Shown: positions 1 to 14,201, counted from the first letter of the stretch. The stretch: 64,000 nt of DNA from an uncultured Actinomycetota bacterium (GCA_963731485.1 CAVSVQ010000008.1:88818-152817), one strand, 5' to 3'. The notes: a model not told the origin generated them from the letters alone. Made by a program: numbers and translations.

Positions 1-675
<675 letters not shown>

Positions 676-719
676 CGACCGAATCTACTGCCCGTCGCGC
701 GGTCGCGCACCGACCCGGC

Positions 720-1826
720 ATGATGCTCGCGTGGACCCTACGTCGTCGCGAGCGCCCCGGGCCGGGTGAACCTCATCGGCGAGCACCTGGACTACAACGG
801 TGGGCGGTGCCTGCCGATCGCGCTGCCCCAGCGCACGACCGTCACCGCGCGGCCGAGCACGGCGGGTCAGCTACGGTCACGCAGCGGCGGGCTGGCCTGG
901 GCCGGCGCTGCCGAGCGAGCGCGCCGAGGGCTGGGCGGCGTACGTCGCCGGCGTGCTGTGGGCGCTCGACGTCGAGGCCGCCCTCGACCTCGAGGTGACC
1001 TCCGACGGTCCCGATCGGGGCCGGCCTGTCCAGCTCGGCCGCGCTGGAGTGCGCGACCGGCCGTGGCGGTCGACGCGCTGCTCGGACCTCGGCCGGACTC
1101 GTGACGAGACGGCTCGCGGCGCCTGCGTCCGCGCCGAGACCGAGTACGTCGGCGCACCGACCGGGGGGCTCGACCAGACGACCGTGCTCTTCGCGCGCAG
1201 GCCGGCCACGCGCTGCTGCTGGACTTCGCCGACGGCTCCCGCGAAGCAGTGCCGTTCGACCCGGCCGTCGGCCGGCCTGGTACCTGCTGGTCGTCGACAC
1301 CCGGGTCGCCCACGAGCTGGCACGCGACGGCGGCTACGCCGACCGCCGGACGCGACTGCGAGCAGGCCGCGGCCGACCTGCGGCGTCGGCAGGCTCTGCG
1401 CGGTCCGCGACCCCGCCGATCGGCCTCGACCGCCCTGACCGACGAGCGGCTGCGCCGCCGCGGCGCGGCACGTGGTGACCGAGCAGCAGCGGGTCACCGA
1501 CGTTCGTCGCAGCGCTCGACCGCGGGCGACTGGGCCGAGGCGTCGGGGCGCTGATGACCGCCTCGCACGCGTCCTTGCGCGACGACTTCGAGGTGTCCTG
1601 CCCCGAGCTCGACGCGGCCGTCGACGCTGCGCTCGGCACGCGGCGCGCTCGGCGCCCGGATGACCGGCGGCGGGTTCGGTGGCTCCGCGATCGCGCTGGT
1701 CCGGACGAGCGCCTGGCGCCCGCGCGTCCGGACGCGCCGTCGACGCGGCGTTCGCCCGGAAGCGCTGGGTCGCCCGGCGTACCTGCACGGCCACGGCCTC
1801 CGCCGGGGCCGGGTCGAGCCTGGTGA
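720..1826 (+). CDS. galK: Galactokinase (GHMP kinase), frameshifted
   Basis: [48 protein letters not shown] and MTGGGFGG motifs spread over several frames. Confidence 0.9.
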
Positions 1827-1827
1827 C

Positions 1828-3049
1828 CTACTTGAGCTCGGCGCGAGCTCAGGCCCGAGCATCCGGCGGGCGACGATCAGCTGCTGGATCTGCTGGGTGC
1901 CCTCGAAGATGTCCAGGATCTTGGAGTCCCGGCCCCACTTCTCGAGCAGCTCGGTCTCGGAGTAGCCCAGGGTGCCGGCGAGCTCGACACAGCGCAGGGT
2001 GACGTCGGTGCCCATCCGGCCCGGCCTTGGCCTTCGCCATCGAGGCTTCCATCGAGTTCGGCTTGCGGTTGTCGGCCATCCAGGCCGACTGCAGGGTCAG
2101 CAGGTACGCCGCCTCCCAGTCCGCCTCGAGCTGCAGGAACGTCGCTGCCGCCGCCGACTGGCTGAGCGCCGGCCGCGTCGTAGTCGACCTCGACGCCCGC
2201 GTCCTTCGAGGATGTCGCGGGTCAGGTCCAGCGAGGCCCGTGCGCAACCGAGCGCCATCGACGCGACCAGCGGACGGGTGTTGTCGAAGGTCGCCATCGC
2301 GCCGGCGAAGCCCTGCTTGGTGTCGATCTCCGGGGAGCCGAGCAGGTTCTCGGCCGGGACCCGGCAGTCGGTGAAAGTGATCACCGCGGTGTCGGAGGCG
2401 CGGATGCCGAGCTTGTGCTCGAGCCGCTCCACCTTCATCCCGGGCGTGCCCTTCTGGACCACGAAGGACTTGATCGCCGCCCGGCCCAGCGCCTTGTCGA
2501 GGGTCGCCCAGACGACGACGCTGTCGGCGCGCTCGCCGGAGGTGACGAAGATCTTCTCGCCGTTGAGGACGTACTCGTCGCCGTCCTTGCGGGCGGTGGT
2601 GATGATGTTGGCCGAGTCCGAGCCGACGCCGGGCTCGGTGATCGCCATCGCCGCCCAGGTGCCCTTGAACCGCTCGAGCTGCTCGTCGTTGGCGACCGAG
2701 GCGATCGCCGAGTTGCCCAGGCCCTGGCGCGGCATGGAGAGCAGCAGGCCGACGTCGCCCCAGCACATCTCCAGGATCGGAGAGCACCGAGGCGAGGTTG
2801 GCGCCGTTCTTGTTGCCGGCCTTCTCCTCGCCGATCTCGTCACGGCGTACGCCGGCCGCTCCGGCGCCGCCGGACGGCGCCGGAATCGGAGAGCCCGTCG
2901 ATCATGGCCGCGAGCATGTCGAGCTCCTTGGGGTACTCGTGCTCGGCGGCGTCGTACTTGCGCGAGATCGGCCGCAGCATGTTCATCGCGACCTGGTGGG
3001 CCTGGTCGATGAGCGGGCGGACCTTCTTGGGGGTTTCGAGATTGATCAT
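1828..3049 (-). CDS. Acyl-CoA dehydrogenase (FadE23-like)
   Basis: MAITEPGVGSD, LNGEKIFVT, KLGIRASDT, RDSKILDIFEGTQQIQ. Confidence 0.9.
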
Positions 3050-3101
3050 CGGTTGTTCTCCTGTCGCTGGTTGCCGGGACTCGATGGTCTCGATCTCCGG
3101 A

Positions 3102-4482
3102 TCAGACGAGGACCGCTCCTTCCATCAGGCCGACCGCACGCAGGTCGCGGTACCACCGCTCGACCGGGTGCTCCTTGACGTAGCCGTGGCCGCCGAGCAG
3201 CTGGACGCCGTCGAGCCCGATCTGCATGCCCTTCTCGGCGCACAGGCGGCGGGCCAGCGCGATCTCGCGGACGGCGTCCTTGCCCTGGGCGACCCGGCTC
3301 GGCCGCCTTGTAGGTCACCAGCCGCATGCCCTGCAGCTCGATGGCGATGTTGGCGACCATGAAGGCGACCGACTGACGGTGCGCGATCGGCTCGCCGAAG
3401 GCCTGCCGCTCCTTGACGTACGGCGTCACGTAGTCGAGCACCGCCTGGCCGGTGCCCGACCGCGAGCGCGCACCAGGCGAGCCGGGAGTTCGGCACCACT
3501 CGCGGTAGGTCTCCGCGTCGCCGAGCAGGGCGATCGACTCCGACCTCGACGTCGCTTGAGCACGAGTCGGGACAGGCTCGCCGCGCGCACGCCCATCGAC
3601 GGGTCGGACTCGATGGTGATGCCCGGTGGTCTTGGACTCGACCAGGAACAGCTGCGGCGTTGCCGTCGAGCTCGGCGCCGACCACGAACAGCTCGGCGTC
3701 GGCGCCGCGCACGACCGCCGACTTGGTGCCGTTGAGCACGAAGCCGTCGCCCTTGCGGGTCGCCGTGGTCGCCGGGTCGAGGGGGTCGAACAGCGCGGTC
3801 GGCTCGGCGAGGGCGAGCGCGGCGGCGGGCACGGCACCTCGTCGCCGGCGAAGGCCGGCAGGTAGGTCGACTGCTGCTCGTCGGTGCCGTACAGAGCGAC
3901 AGCGCGGTGGCCACCGCACCCGGAGCGAGCGCGGCCACGGCCAGGCCGAGGTCGCCCTGGGCCAGCGCCTCGTGGACGAGCACGCCGGCGACGGCGGAGC
4001 GCTCGGTGGCGATCCCGCCAAGATCCTCGGCAACCCCGAGGATCGGCAGTCCGATCTCGAGCGAGGCCTTGAGCAGGTCGTCCGGGCGCGGCGCAGGCCT
4101 CGTTCGCCTCTGCGGCGGCCGGGCGGACCACCTCCGCGGCGAACTCCGTGACCACGTCGACGAGCATCTGCTCGTCCTCGGTCGGGGTGCAGGTCGAACA
4201 GCCCGGTCGGCTTGGCCGCCGGCACGCGTTTGCCCGCACGTCGCCTTGCCCGGCGCGTGCGAACGCCCGCCCAGCGGCGCCGGCCGTCCTGAAGCCCGCG
4301 CTGGTCACCCGGTAGACGGTCTGCTCGCTGGCCTTGCGCATCCCGAGCCGGTCGATCAGGTCGCTCTGGGCGAACCGGTTCAGCGCCGGCCACCGCGAGC
4401 CCGATCGGGTCGCGCTTCTCGTTCTCACTGAGCCCGTGCTTGCCGCCGGCGGACAGCACGCTCTTCGGGATTGGATGCCATG
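3102..4482 (-). CDS. Acyl-CoA dehydrogenase (FadE24-like)
   Basis: PTEDEQMLVD, LNGTKSAV, YVKERQAFGEPIAHRQSVAF, GGHGYVKEHPVERWYRDL across frames. Confidence 0.85.
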
Positions 4483-4577
4483 GGGCAAACTGTAACTCGC
4501 GAGTTACACACACCGCTACGGCTTCGGTCGTGGCGCCGGTCACGCGTTGGTGCGCCGCACTCAGGCATGATGCGGCC

Positions 4578-5160
4578 ATGTCCGACGCCGCCTCGACCCG
4601 CTCCCCGCCGGTGGACCGTCCGCCCGATGACCCGCTGGGGCGAGCCGGTGATGCACCGGCCAGCCCGCTCGGTGACCTCCTTCGACGACGCGCTGCGACA
4701 CGCTGGTCGCCGACATGGTCGCCACGATGTACGCCGCCGAAGGCGTCGGCCTGGCCGCCTGCCAGATCGGCGTCGACCTCGCGGTCTTCGTCTTCGACTG
4801 CCCGGACGAGGACGGTGCGCCGCACCGGGGCGTCGTGTGCAACCCGCGTGCTGCTCCTCCCCGAGGGCAAGGACCGGCGGCTCGACGAGGGCGAGGAGGG
4901 CTGCCTGTCCTACCCGGGGGCGTTCGTCGCCTGCGCCCGGCCCGACATGGCCCGGGTGACCGGCCAGGGCCTGGACGGCGAACCGGTGGAGTTCGCGGGC
5001 ACCGGCCTGCTGGCCCGCTGCCTGCAGCACGAGACCGACCACACCCTCGGCATGGTGTTCGGCGACCGCCTCTCCACCCGGCTGCGCAAGAAGCTGCGCA
5101 AGCAGATGGAGGCCGCCGCCGAAGAGTTCCCGCGGAGTGGCCGGCGCCGGCCTCGACTGA
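4578..5160 (+). CDS. def: Peptide deformylase (3' end approximate)
   Basis: Three PDF motifs: [19 protein letters not shown]. Confidence 0.9.
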
Positions 5161-5257
5161 GCTCGACCGCCAGCAGGCCGCGAGTGCCCGCGACCGAGCA
5201 GGCTCGACGACTCCGCGTGGCCGAGCTGCGAGCGGAGCGCGCGATCCGCGAGACCCG

Positions 5258-6080
5258 CTACCGCCGCGCTGGCCACGTAGCAGGCGACCGCGGTCGCCGC
5301 GGCGACGTTGAGCGAGTCGATCCCCGCGGCCATCGGGATCACCGCCCGCCGGTCCGCCGCGACCGTCCCAGCGCGGCGAGAGACCGTGGCCCTCCGAGCC
5401 GAGGACCAGCGCCAGCCGGTCGATCCCGGCGACGGCCTGCTCGATCGGCGACGGCGTCCTCGGCGAGGGTGAGCGCCACGGTGGTGAACCCGGCTCGGAC
5501 AGCGCCGGCAGGGCGTCGTACCAGTCCGGCAGGCGGGTCCACGGCACGTGAACACCGCCCCCATCGCCACCTTGATCGACCGCCGGTAGAGCGGGTCCGC
5601 GCAGCGCGGCGAGAGCAGCACCGCGTCGAATCCAGCGCGGCGCCGGAGCGGAAGCACGCCCCGACGTTGGTGTGGTCGACGATGTCCTCGAGGACGAGCA
5701 CCGACCGGGCGCCGGCGACGCACCTCCTCGACGCGTGCGGCAGCGGCCGGCGGTGCAGCGATGCCAGCGCACCGCGGTGGACGTGGAAGCCGGTGACCTC
5801 CTCGGCCAAGGCCTCCAGACCACGTAGCACGGGGCGTCGCGACCGCGCCAGCACGTCGGCGAGCCCGGTCGAGCCAGCGCGGCGCCATCAGGAACGAGCG
5901 CGGCGCGAATCCGGCCTCCACCGCCCGGCGGACGACCTTCTCGCCCTCCGCCAGGAACAGCCCGTGCTCGGCCTCGAGGTGCTGCGCGCAGCTGGACGTC
6001 GCGCAGGTCGCGGTAGTCGGCCAGGCGCGGGTCGTCCGGATCGTCACGCGACCGTGGATCGTCGACTCACGCTCGGCCAT
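5258..6080 (-). CDS. TrmH/SpoU-family RNA 2'-O-methyltransferase
   Basis: [52 protein letters not shown] motifs. Confidence 0.9.
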
Positions 6081-7347
6081 CCGAGGTGCGGGGAACGCGT
6101 CCGGGATGGGCCACCGCGACGACCTCGCCCACGACGATGATCGCCGGCGGCCGTGACCTGCTGCCGCCTCCAGGTCGTCGGCGAGCGAGCCGAGGGTGGA
6201 GAGCACGGTGCGCTCGGTCGGCATGGTTCCGTCGCAGACCACGGCGACCGGCGTCTGCGGCGTCACGGCCGCGCGTCGAGCAGGGCCTCGGCGATCGCCG
6301 GCGGCGTTCTCGCACCGCCATCATCAGCACGACGCGTCCCGCGCAGCCGGGCGACGGCCGTCCCAGTCGACCAGCGAGTCCGGATGGCCGGGCGGCAGGT
6401 GACCGGAGACGACGGTGAACTCGTGCGTGACTCCACGATGGGTGACCGGGATGCCGGCCAGCGCCGGGACGGCGAGCGGGCTGGTCAGCCCGGGGATGAC
6501 CGTCACCGGCACTCCGGCCTCCCGGCACGCGATGACCTCCTCGTAGCCCCGGCCGAAGACGAAGTTGTCGCCCCCCTTGAACCGCGCCACCCGCTTGCCC
6601 GCCAGCGCGTGCTCGACGATCAGCCGGTTGATCTCCGCCTGCTGCGCCGACCGGCCCCGCGGGAGCTTCGCCACGTCGATCAGCTCGGTGTCGGCGCTGC
6701 AGCTCGCCGAGTAGCTCGCGCGGAGCCAGCCGGTCGGCGACCACGACGTCGGCCTCCATCAGCGCCCTGCGGCCCGCGACGCGTGATCAGGTCCGGGTCG
6801 CCGGGCCGCCCCCGACCAGCACCACGCCCGGCAGGTCGCGGCTCGCGCCGGCGACGCCGAGCGTCGCCCGACTGCAGCCCGTCGACGATCTCGTCCCGCA
6901 GAGCCGCGGTACGCCGTGGGTCGCGGCTCTCGCGCTGGTCGCCGAGCACGGCCACGGTGACCTCGCCGTGCCGGCCGACCGCCGGGGTCCAGGCAGTTGC
7001 CCGGCGCGGCGTCGTCGGTGCGCACGCAGAAGGTGTGCCGCGACTCCGCCGCGTCGCTGACAGCCTCGTTGACCTGCGGTCGTCGGTCGCCGCGACGACG
7101 TACCACGCCCCGTCGAGGTCGGCGTCGGCTCGAACCCGCGTCGCAGCCAGGTGACCTCGCCGGCGCTGGCCAGCCCCTCGAGCGCGGGGGTCACCTCCGG
7201 TGCGACACGACGTACACCTCGGCTCCGGCGGCGATCAGCGCCGGGACCCGGCGCTGCGCGACGTGGCCGCCACCGACCACCACGACCTTGCGGCCGGCCA
7301 GGCGCAGACCGGACGGGGTAGGTCGGCGACGTCGCTCACTCCGCCAT
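6067..7347 (-). CDS. cobA: Uroporphyrinogen-III C-methyltransferase with N-terminal siroheme synthase domain (CysG/CobA)
   Basis: N-terminal VVVVGGGHVA Rossmann motif; LVGGGPGDPDLIT, VVVADRLAP, RFKGGDNFVFGRGYEE. Confidence 0.85.
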
Positions 7348-7411
7348 TGTCGCGTGCGCCACGTTGCCGGCGGCGTGACGAACGTTCACCCACCGGACTA
7401 GGGTGACGCAC

Positions 7412-7942
7412 ATGAGCATCGAACGCCCCGTCTCACCCCGACCCCTACGACCTGCTCCCGCCGGTCGCGTCCTTCACGGTCACCAGCGCCGACGTCACCG
7501 ACGGCCAGCCGCTGAAGGACGACCAGGTCGCCGCGTTCGGCAACACCTCGCCGCAGCTGTCCTGGAGCGGCGCCCCGGAAGGCACCCAGAGCTTCACCGT
7601 CACCTGCTTCGACCCGGACGCCCCGACCCCGTCCGGCTTCTGGCACTGGGTGCTGGTCGACCTGCCCGCCGACGTGACCTCGCTCGACGCCGGCGCCGGT
7701 GCCGAGGGCGCGGCGCTTCCCGGCAACGCGTTCATGTGCCGCAACGACGGCGGGCCAAGGCGTTCATGGGTGCGGCCCCGCCGCCGGGCGACCAGGTGCA
7801 CCGCTACTACTTCGTCGTGCACGCCGTGAAGGAGCCGACGCTCTGGGCGTGGACTCGGACGCCTCGCCGGCCGTGGTCAGCTTCAACCTCGCCTTCAAGA
7901 CCGCTCGGCCGCGCGATCATCCATGGCACCTACCAGCACTGA
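7412..7942 (+). CDS. YbhB/YbcL-family (PEBP/RKIP-like) protein
   Basis: [42 protein letters not shown]. Confidence 0.9.
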   Translation: MSIERPVSPRPLRPAPAGRVLHGHQRRRHRRPAAEGRPGRRVRQHLAAAVLERRPGRHPELHRHLLRPGRPDPVRLLALGAGRPARRRDLARRRRRCRGRGASRQRVHVPQRRRAKAFMGAAPPPGDQVHRYYFVVHAVKEPTLWAWTRTPRRPWSASTSPSRPLGRAIIHGTYQH

Positions 7943-8906
7943 GCGGGCTGAGGAGCGCGCCGACGTCCTCGGTGACGCCGTACGCCGCCCGGACGCTGCG
8001 ACTGCGGCCCGACGACGAGGGCGAGGTGGTCGCCACCCTGGTGCACCGGCCCGCCGACGAGCCGACCGGGCGCGCGGTGCTGCACGTGCACGGGTTCGCC
8101 GACTACTTCTTCCAGACCGCCGCCGCGGACTTCTGGGTGCGAGCGCGGATACGACTTCTACGCGCTCGACCTGCGCAAGTACGGCCGCTCGCTGCTGCCC
8201 GCACCAGACGCCGAACTACGTCATGACCTGAGCGCCTACTACGAGGAGCTCGACCTGCGCCTACGCCGACGTCCGACCAGAGCACGACCACGTGGTGCTC
8301 TCCGCCCACTCCACCGGCGGCCTCACCGTGCCCCTGTGGGCGGCCGACCGCGGCGCTCGAGATCGCCGGGATGGTGCTCAACTGCGCCCTGGCTGGACAT
8401 GCACGGTGACGTCTTCACCCGCCAGCTCGCGATGCCGGTGCTGCACCGGGTCGGCGCTCGCCAGCGCGACGCGTGCTCGTCCCGCGCAAGGTGAGCGGCA
8501 TCTACGCCCGCAGCCTGCACCGTCGACCACGAGGGCGAGTGGGATTTCGACCTCGCCTGGAAGCCGCTGCGTTCCTGGCCGGTGTACGCCGGCTGGATCC
8601 GGGCGATCCGGGCCGGACAGGCCCGGGTGGCTGCCGGTCTCGACGTACCGTGTCCCGATTCTCGTGCTGTCCTCGGCGCGATCCGGCGCACCCGACCTCG
8701 ATCGACGACCCGGTGGTCTTCAGCACCGACATCGTCCTGGACGTCGAGCAGATCCGTCGCCGCGCGCCGCTGCTGGGTCGTCACGTCACGCCTGGCCAGG
8801 TCGACGGGGCCATGCACGACGTCACCTTGTCCGCGGCCCCGGTGCGCAAGCTCGGTCTTCGACGAGATCGACGCGCTTCCTACTCGGCGCTACGTCGATG
8901 CCGTAA
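7939..8906 (+). CDS. Alpha/beta hydrolase (lysophospholipase-like)
   Basis: VLHVHGFADYFFQ, ALDLRKYGRS, AHSTGG nucleophile elbow, D-I-VLD, GAMHDV. Confidence 0.85.
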
Positions 8907-8916
8907 CGTCGAGCCC

Positions 8917-9297
8917 ATGAATCCCGTGAACGGACTTGCCCTGGGCCGGATCGCGATCGGCGCCACTGCCCTCGCCTCCCCCGCCCTGGCCGCGCAAGTT
9001 GTTCCGCCTCGACGTCGCGCAGCAACCCGCAACTGCCCTACCTCGCCCGGATGTTCGGCTCCCGCGAGATCGCACTCGGCGTGATCACCCTGCTTGCCAA
9101 GGGCCTGCGCGGCGCAAGCTGGTCGCGCTCGGCATGGCGGTCGACGGCGCGGACGCGTTCGCCGGCTACGACGCTGGACCGCCGGCGCGGTCAGCCAGTC
9201 CACCGGGATCCTGCTTGACCGCGCCCGCGGTCGGGGCGGTCGCTCGCGGGTGCGTCGGCTTGGGCACGCCACCGGAGACGCTGAAGAAGCGGCTTGA
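8917..9297 (+). CDS. Small membrane protein (DUF4267-like)
   Basis: LALGRIAIG...ARMFGSREIALG...MAVDGADA hydrophobic pattern; TAACGT -10 before ATG. Confidence 0.6.
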
Positions 9298-10095
9298 TGG
9301 CGCTCTCGGTAGATCATTGCGTCGACGCGATCACCCGGCACACCCGAGGGTCTGGCTGCGGCGGCGGAAGGCCGCCTCGACGGAGGCCATCGAGCACTGC
9401 CCCGGCTGGACGATGGCAGACCTGGTGTGGCACCTGACCGACGTGCACTGGTTCTGGAACAACATCGCCTCGACGCGCCCTGACGAGGAACCGACCGACC
9501 TGGACCGTCCTGAGCGTCCGGCCGACCCGACCTGGTCACGACACTGCTCGCCGGCGTCGCGGCCCTGACCACCACTCTCGCGTCGGCCGACCAGGACGCG
9601 GCCTGCTGGACCTGGGTCCTGGAGCAGGACGTCGGCTTCATCACCCGGCACCAGGTCCAGGAGGCCGCCGTCCACCACTGGGACGCGCTCAACGCCGGCC
9701 GGACGGTCGGACGCATGAGTCGATGGACCCGGTCTGCGCGATCGACGCCGTGGAGGAGTTCCTCACCGAGAGCGTCGGGAACCGGCGCTGGCCCAAGCCC
9801 GACGCCGAGCCGATCGGGGGCACCCTCTGGTTCTGCCCGTGCTTCGCCGACACGCCCACGTGCCCGACCTGGCACCTCCACGACGGCGAGGCACCGGGCA
9901 CGCGTCGCTCTCGACGTGCACGAGCAGGACGCCCCCGAGATCGCGGGCCTGGTCGACGGTGACCACGTCGACCCGGCGACCCTCCTGCTCTGGCTCTACC
10001 GCCGCGTTCCGGACGCGCGGATCGACTCGATGGGGCGATCCGGAGCGCGCCGACCGCTGCTCGACCGCCTTCGGGGACTCAGCTTCACCGACTGA
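9297..10095 (+). CDS. Mycothiol-dependent maleylpyruvate isomerase (MDMPI/DinB) family protein
   Basis: CPGWTMADLVWHL, RHQVQEAAVHHWDA, IDAVEEFL, LLLWLYRR. Confidence 0.8.
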
Positions 10096-10103
10096 GCGCC
10101 GCG

Positions 10104-10878
10104 TCACACCACGAACGAGACCAGCGCCACCAGCGCCGACCACCACGATCACCGCGCGGAGCAGGGTCGGCGAGAGCCGGCGGCCCACCGAGGCGCCGAT
10201 GAGGCCGCCGAGGATCGCGCCCGGCCACCAGGACAGCGCAGCCCGCCAGTCGACGTCGGCGACCACGATGAAGACGACCGCGGCGACCGCGTTGACGAGC
10301 GCCGCCAGCACGTTCTTGATCGCGTTGTGGCGCTGGACGTGGTCGTCGATGCCGATCCCGAAGATCGCCATCAGCAGCACCCCCTGCGCGGCGCCGAAGT
10401 AGCCGCCGTACACGCCGGTGCCGAGGACCGCCGGCCACACCCACCACGCACCGCGCTCCGGTACGCCGCCCCGGGCCTCGTGGCGCGCCGCGACCCAGCG
10501 CGCTGCAGCCGGGGCCCGAGGACGACGAGCAGACACGCCCAGCCCGATCAGCACCGGGACCATCGCCTCGAAGGCGGCCGACGGGCAGCCGGAGCAGGAG
10601 CACGGCACCGAGCGACCCCGCCGAGCGTCGTGGCGCGGCATCAGCCAGCGCAGCCGGCGCCCCTGCCCGCGCAGCTCACGTCGGTAGCCCCAGGCGCCCG
10701 TGACCGATCCCGGGACCAGCCCGATCGAGTTCGACACGTTGGCGGTCACCGGCGGCAGGCCGACCGCAACCAGGGTCGGGAACGACACGAGCGTGCCCGA
10801 CCCCACGACCGTGTTGATCGTGCCCGCCCAGACCCCGCCCAGGAGGACCGCAAGCGCCTCCCAGAAGGTCGAGATCAT
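10104..10878 (-). CDS. TauE/SafE-family sulfite exporter-like membrane protein
   Basis: AGTINTVVGSGTLVSFPTL, GVYGGYFGAAQGV. Confidence 0.9.
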
Positions 10879-10897
10879 CCGCCGGTGGGCGACCGCG

Positions 10898-12044
10898 TCA
10901 GGTCCTCCCTCGGAGCCGAGTCCGGTCCGGGTCGGTGCCGGCGTCCGCTGCAGCGCCGGCCGACGGAGCCGGCCGGGCAGCCGCGCCCGTGCCGGGCGAG
11001 GTTCCGCCGCCTGCGCGGCCGCGATCGCCTGCTGGACGTCCTGGTGGGCCTTGGACAGGGCGTCGCTGCCACCGAGCTCCACCCGTTCGGTGGAACCCAT
11101 GTCCACCCGGGTCCGTGGCCCTCGGTGTGCTGCGGGATGCCGGCCACCTCGTGCACGGCGGACCCGAGACCCTCGAGCGCCTTGGTGATCTCCGAGGGCA
11201 CCACCCACACCTTGTTGGCGTCGCCCTCGGCGATCTTCGGCATCATCTGGAGGTACTGGTAGGCCAGCAGCGCCTGGTCGGGCTGGCCGTCGTGGATCGC
11301 CTGGAAGACGGTCTGGATCGCCTGACCCTCACCCTGCGCCCGCAGGATCGCCGACTCCCGCTCGGCCTGGGCGCGCAGGATCACGGCCTCGCGGTCGCCC
11401 TCGGCGTTGAGGATCGCGGACTGCTTGTTGCCCTCTGCGGTCAGGATCGCGGACTGCCGCTGGCCCTCGGCGGTGAGGATGAGCGCCCGCTTGTCGCGGT
11501 CGGCGCGCATCTGCTTCTCCATCGAGTCCTTGATCGAGGGCGGCGGGTCGATGCCCTTGATCTCGACACGTCCGACGCGGACACCCCACCGTCCGGTGGC
11601 CTCGTCGAGCACGCCCGACAGCCCGCGGTTGATGTCCTCGCGCGAGGTCAGGGTCTGCTCGAGATCCATGCCGCCGACGATGTTGCGCAGCGTGGTCATG
11701 GTCAGCTGCTCGATCGCGGAGATGTAGTTGGCGATCTCGTACGTCGCGGCCACCGGATCGGTGACCTGGAAGTAGATGACGGTGTCGATCGACACCACCA
11801 GGTTGTCCTCGGTGATCACCGGCTGCGGCGGGAAGGAGACGACCTGCTCGCGCATGTCGATCACGTAGCGCACCCGGTCGACGAACGGGGTCACCACGTT
11901 CAGGCCGGGCGACAGCGTCGCGCGGTACTTGCCGAACCGCTCGACGATGCCGGCGCGCGCCTGCGGGATGATCCGGATGGTCTTGGCGAGCACGAGGATC
12001 GCGAAGAGCACCAGGACCACGAAGAACGCGAAGACGAATGTCAT
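10898..12044 (-). CDS. SPFH/band 7 (stomatin-like) protein
   Basis: IVERFGKY, QPVITEDN, TTLRNIVGGM, MEKQMRADR, coiled-coil AEG repeats; C-terminus frameshifted. Confidence 0.95.
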
Positions 12045-12094
12045 CCGGTCTCCTCTGGTCGTGGAGCCCGAGAGCTCCGGTGGGCGTTGCTAGG

Positions 12095-12556
12095 TCAGGA
12101 CTCCAGCTGATGGGTGCGCAGGACGTAGGCCGTCGCGCCCTTGATCGAGACGACGTCGACCGTGGCTCCGGCCTCGATCTGGTCGTCCTCGTCGTACGGC
12201 CTGGCGCTCCACACCTCGCCGCCGATCTTGACGCGCCCGGGCGCGTGGTGGGTCATCGGCTCCAGGACCACGGCGCGCTGGCCGATCAGCGCGTCCGCTC
12301 CGATCCGCAGCGTCGGCCCGGCGTGCAGCCGGTGGACCATGCCCGGCCGGATCAGCGCGAGCAGCCCGACCGCGGTGGCCAGCGCGACGACGACCTGGAT
12401 CGCGGCCGGCACGCCGAACAAGGCGGTCACCATCCCGACCAGGGCGCCGCCGGCGAGCATGATCAGGATCAGGTCGGTGCTGAGCAGCTCCAGGACGCCC
12501 AGGGCGACGGCGATCATCAGCCACGTCTCCCACAGGTGGTCGCGGAACCAGTCCAT
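12095..12556 (-). CDS. NfeD-family protein (SPFH partner)
   Basis: TM N-terminus plus GRVKIGGEVWSAR OB-fold; adjacent to SPFH gene. Confidence 0.9.
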   Translation of the reverse strand: MDWFRDHLWETWLMIAVALGVLELLSTDLILIMLAGGALVGMVTALFGVPAAIQVVVALATAVGLLALIRPGMVHRLHAGPTLRIGADALIGQRAVVLEPMTHHAPGRVKIGGEVWSARPYDEDDQIEAGATVDVVSIKGATAYVLRTHQLES

Positions 12557-12601
12557 GCCACGACCCTATCCAAGGTCGCCACCCGGAGGACCGGACCCGG
12601 G

Positions 12602-13403
12602 TCACCCGACGTGGCGGCGCGACCGGCGGCGCGCGGCGTACCGGCCGTCCTCGTGGGTCGAGCTGCAGGCTCATCCCGAACGTGGCGGTGAGATTCTCCG
12701 CGGTCATCACGGCCGCCAGCGGTCCCTGGGCGACCACCCGGCCCTCGCGCAGCATCAGGGCATGGGTGAAGCCGGGCGGGATCTCCTCGACGTGGTGGGA
12801 GACCAGCACGATCGTCGGGGACGTCGGGTCGTTGGCCAGCACCGACATCGTCGCGACCAGGTCCTCCCGGCCCCCGAGGTCGAGCCCGGCGGCCGGCTCG
12901 TCGAGGATCAGCAGCTCGGGGTCGGTCATCAGCGAGCGCGCGATCTGCACCCGCTTGCGCTCTCCCTCGCTGAGCGTGCCGAACGTGCGGTCGGCCAGCT
13001 TGCCGGCCCCGACCTCCACCAGCAGTGCTCTCGCGCGCTCGTGGTCGAGCTCCTCGTAGTGCTCGCGCCACCGCCCGACCACGCCGTACGACGCGGACAC
13101 GACCACGTCGCGAACGATCTCGTCGCGCGGGATCCGCTCGGCAACGGCGGCGCTGGTGTAGCCGATCCGCGGTCGCAGCTCGAAGACGTCGACGGTGCCG
13201 AGGACCTCACCGAGGATGCCGGCCACCCCGGTCGTCGGGTGGATCTGCGCCGAGCACAGCTGCACCAGGGTGGTCTTGCCCGCTCCGTTGGCGCCGAGCA
13301 CCACCCAGCGCTCGTCCTCCTCGACCGTCCAGCTGACCGAGTCCAGCAGCGTCGCCTGCCCCCGCCGGACACTGACGTCGGCGAGCTCGAGAACGTTGCT
13401 CAT
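12602..13403 (-). CDS. ABC transporter ATP-binding protein
   Basis: GANGAGKTT, LSEGERKR, LILDEP, VSHH. Confidence 0.9.
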
Positions 13404-13481
13404 GTCTCCCTCGTGCGCTGGCGGGCCCGGTGGTCGGGCAGGGCGGCTCCGATGCAAACCTAGCGTGACTACCCTCGTCCC

Positions 13482-14201
13482 GTGCCTCTTCCGCGCAGCG
13501 CAGAGCTGGCCCTCTGGCTCGGTGCCACCCTCCGCGGCACAGTCGGCCCGGACGACTTCGCGGAGTCGGTGCGCCGCGACGATCCGCAGCACCTGGTCGT
13601 CGACTGGCCGGAAAGCTCCGCGATCCCGCTGCAGCGACCTGCCCAGCCACGCGCGGCGGTCGGCGTGCGTCGGCGCGTTGCTGGCCCTGCCGATCGCCGG
13701 AGACCTGCTCGGCCTGCGCGGCCCCACGCCGTTCAACGTCCTCGCTCTCGAGGCGGGCGAGGCGGTGGTGCTGGCCGGCACCGGTCTCGGCCTCGTGCCC
13801 GCGATCGACGCACGCACCGTGCTCTGGCAGGCGCGTCCCGCGGAGCCGGCTGCGCCGCTCGACCCCGCCGAGGAGGGCCGCCAGCTGCGTCAGGTCCTGG
13901 TCACCACGACCGCCGAGCTCGCCCGCCTCGACGTCGCGTCCTGGCGACCCGAGATCCCCGACCTGCTCCTCGACACTCGCCGGCGTCCCGGGCTCCTCCT
14001 GCCCCCGGACGTCGGCCCGCGAGTCGCCGACGACCTCGACCGGGCCGTCCTCTGCCTCGAGATCGTCGAGCTCGCGCTGGCCGACGACGGCGGGGCCACG
14101 TCGGCGTACGAGATGGCCGAACGGCGGCGCTGTCTCACCGATCTCGACCGCGTCGCCCGACGCGTCGTCGTGGCGTCGTGCTCCGATAGCCTCACTGCGT
14201 C

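Noticed and set aside
7347-7412. Cobalamin riboswitch before cobA/cysG
   Set aside because: The intergenic region is only about 65 bp and has no B12-box.
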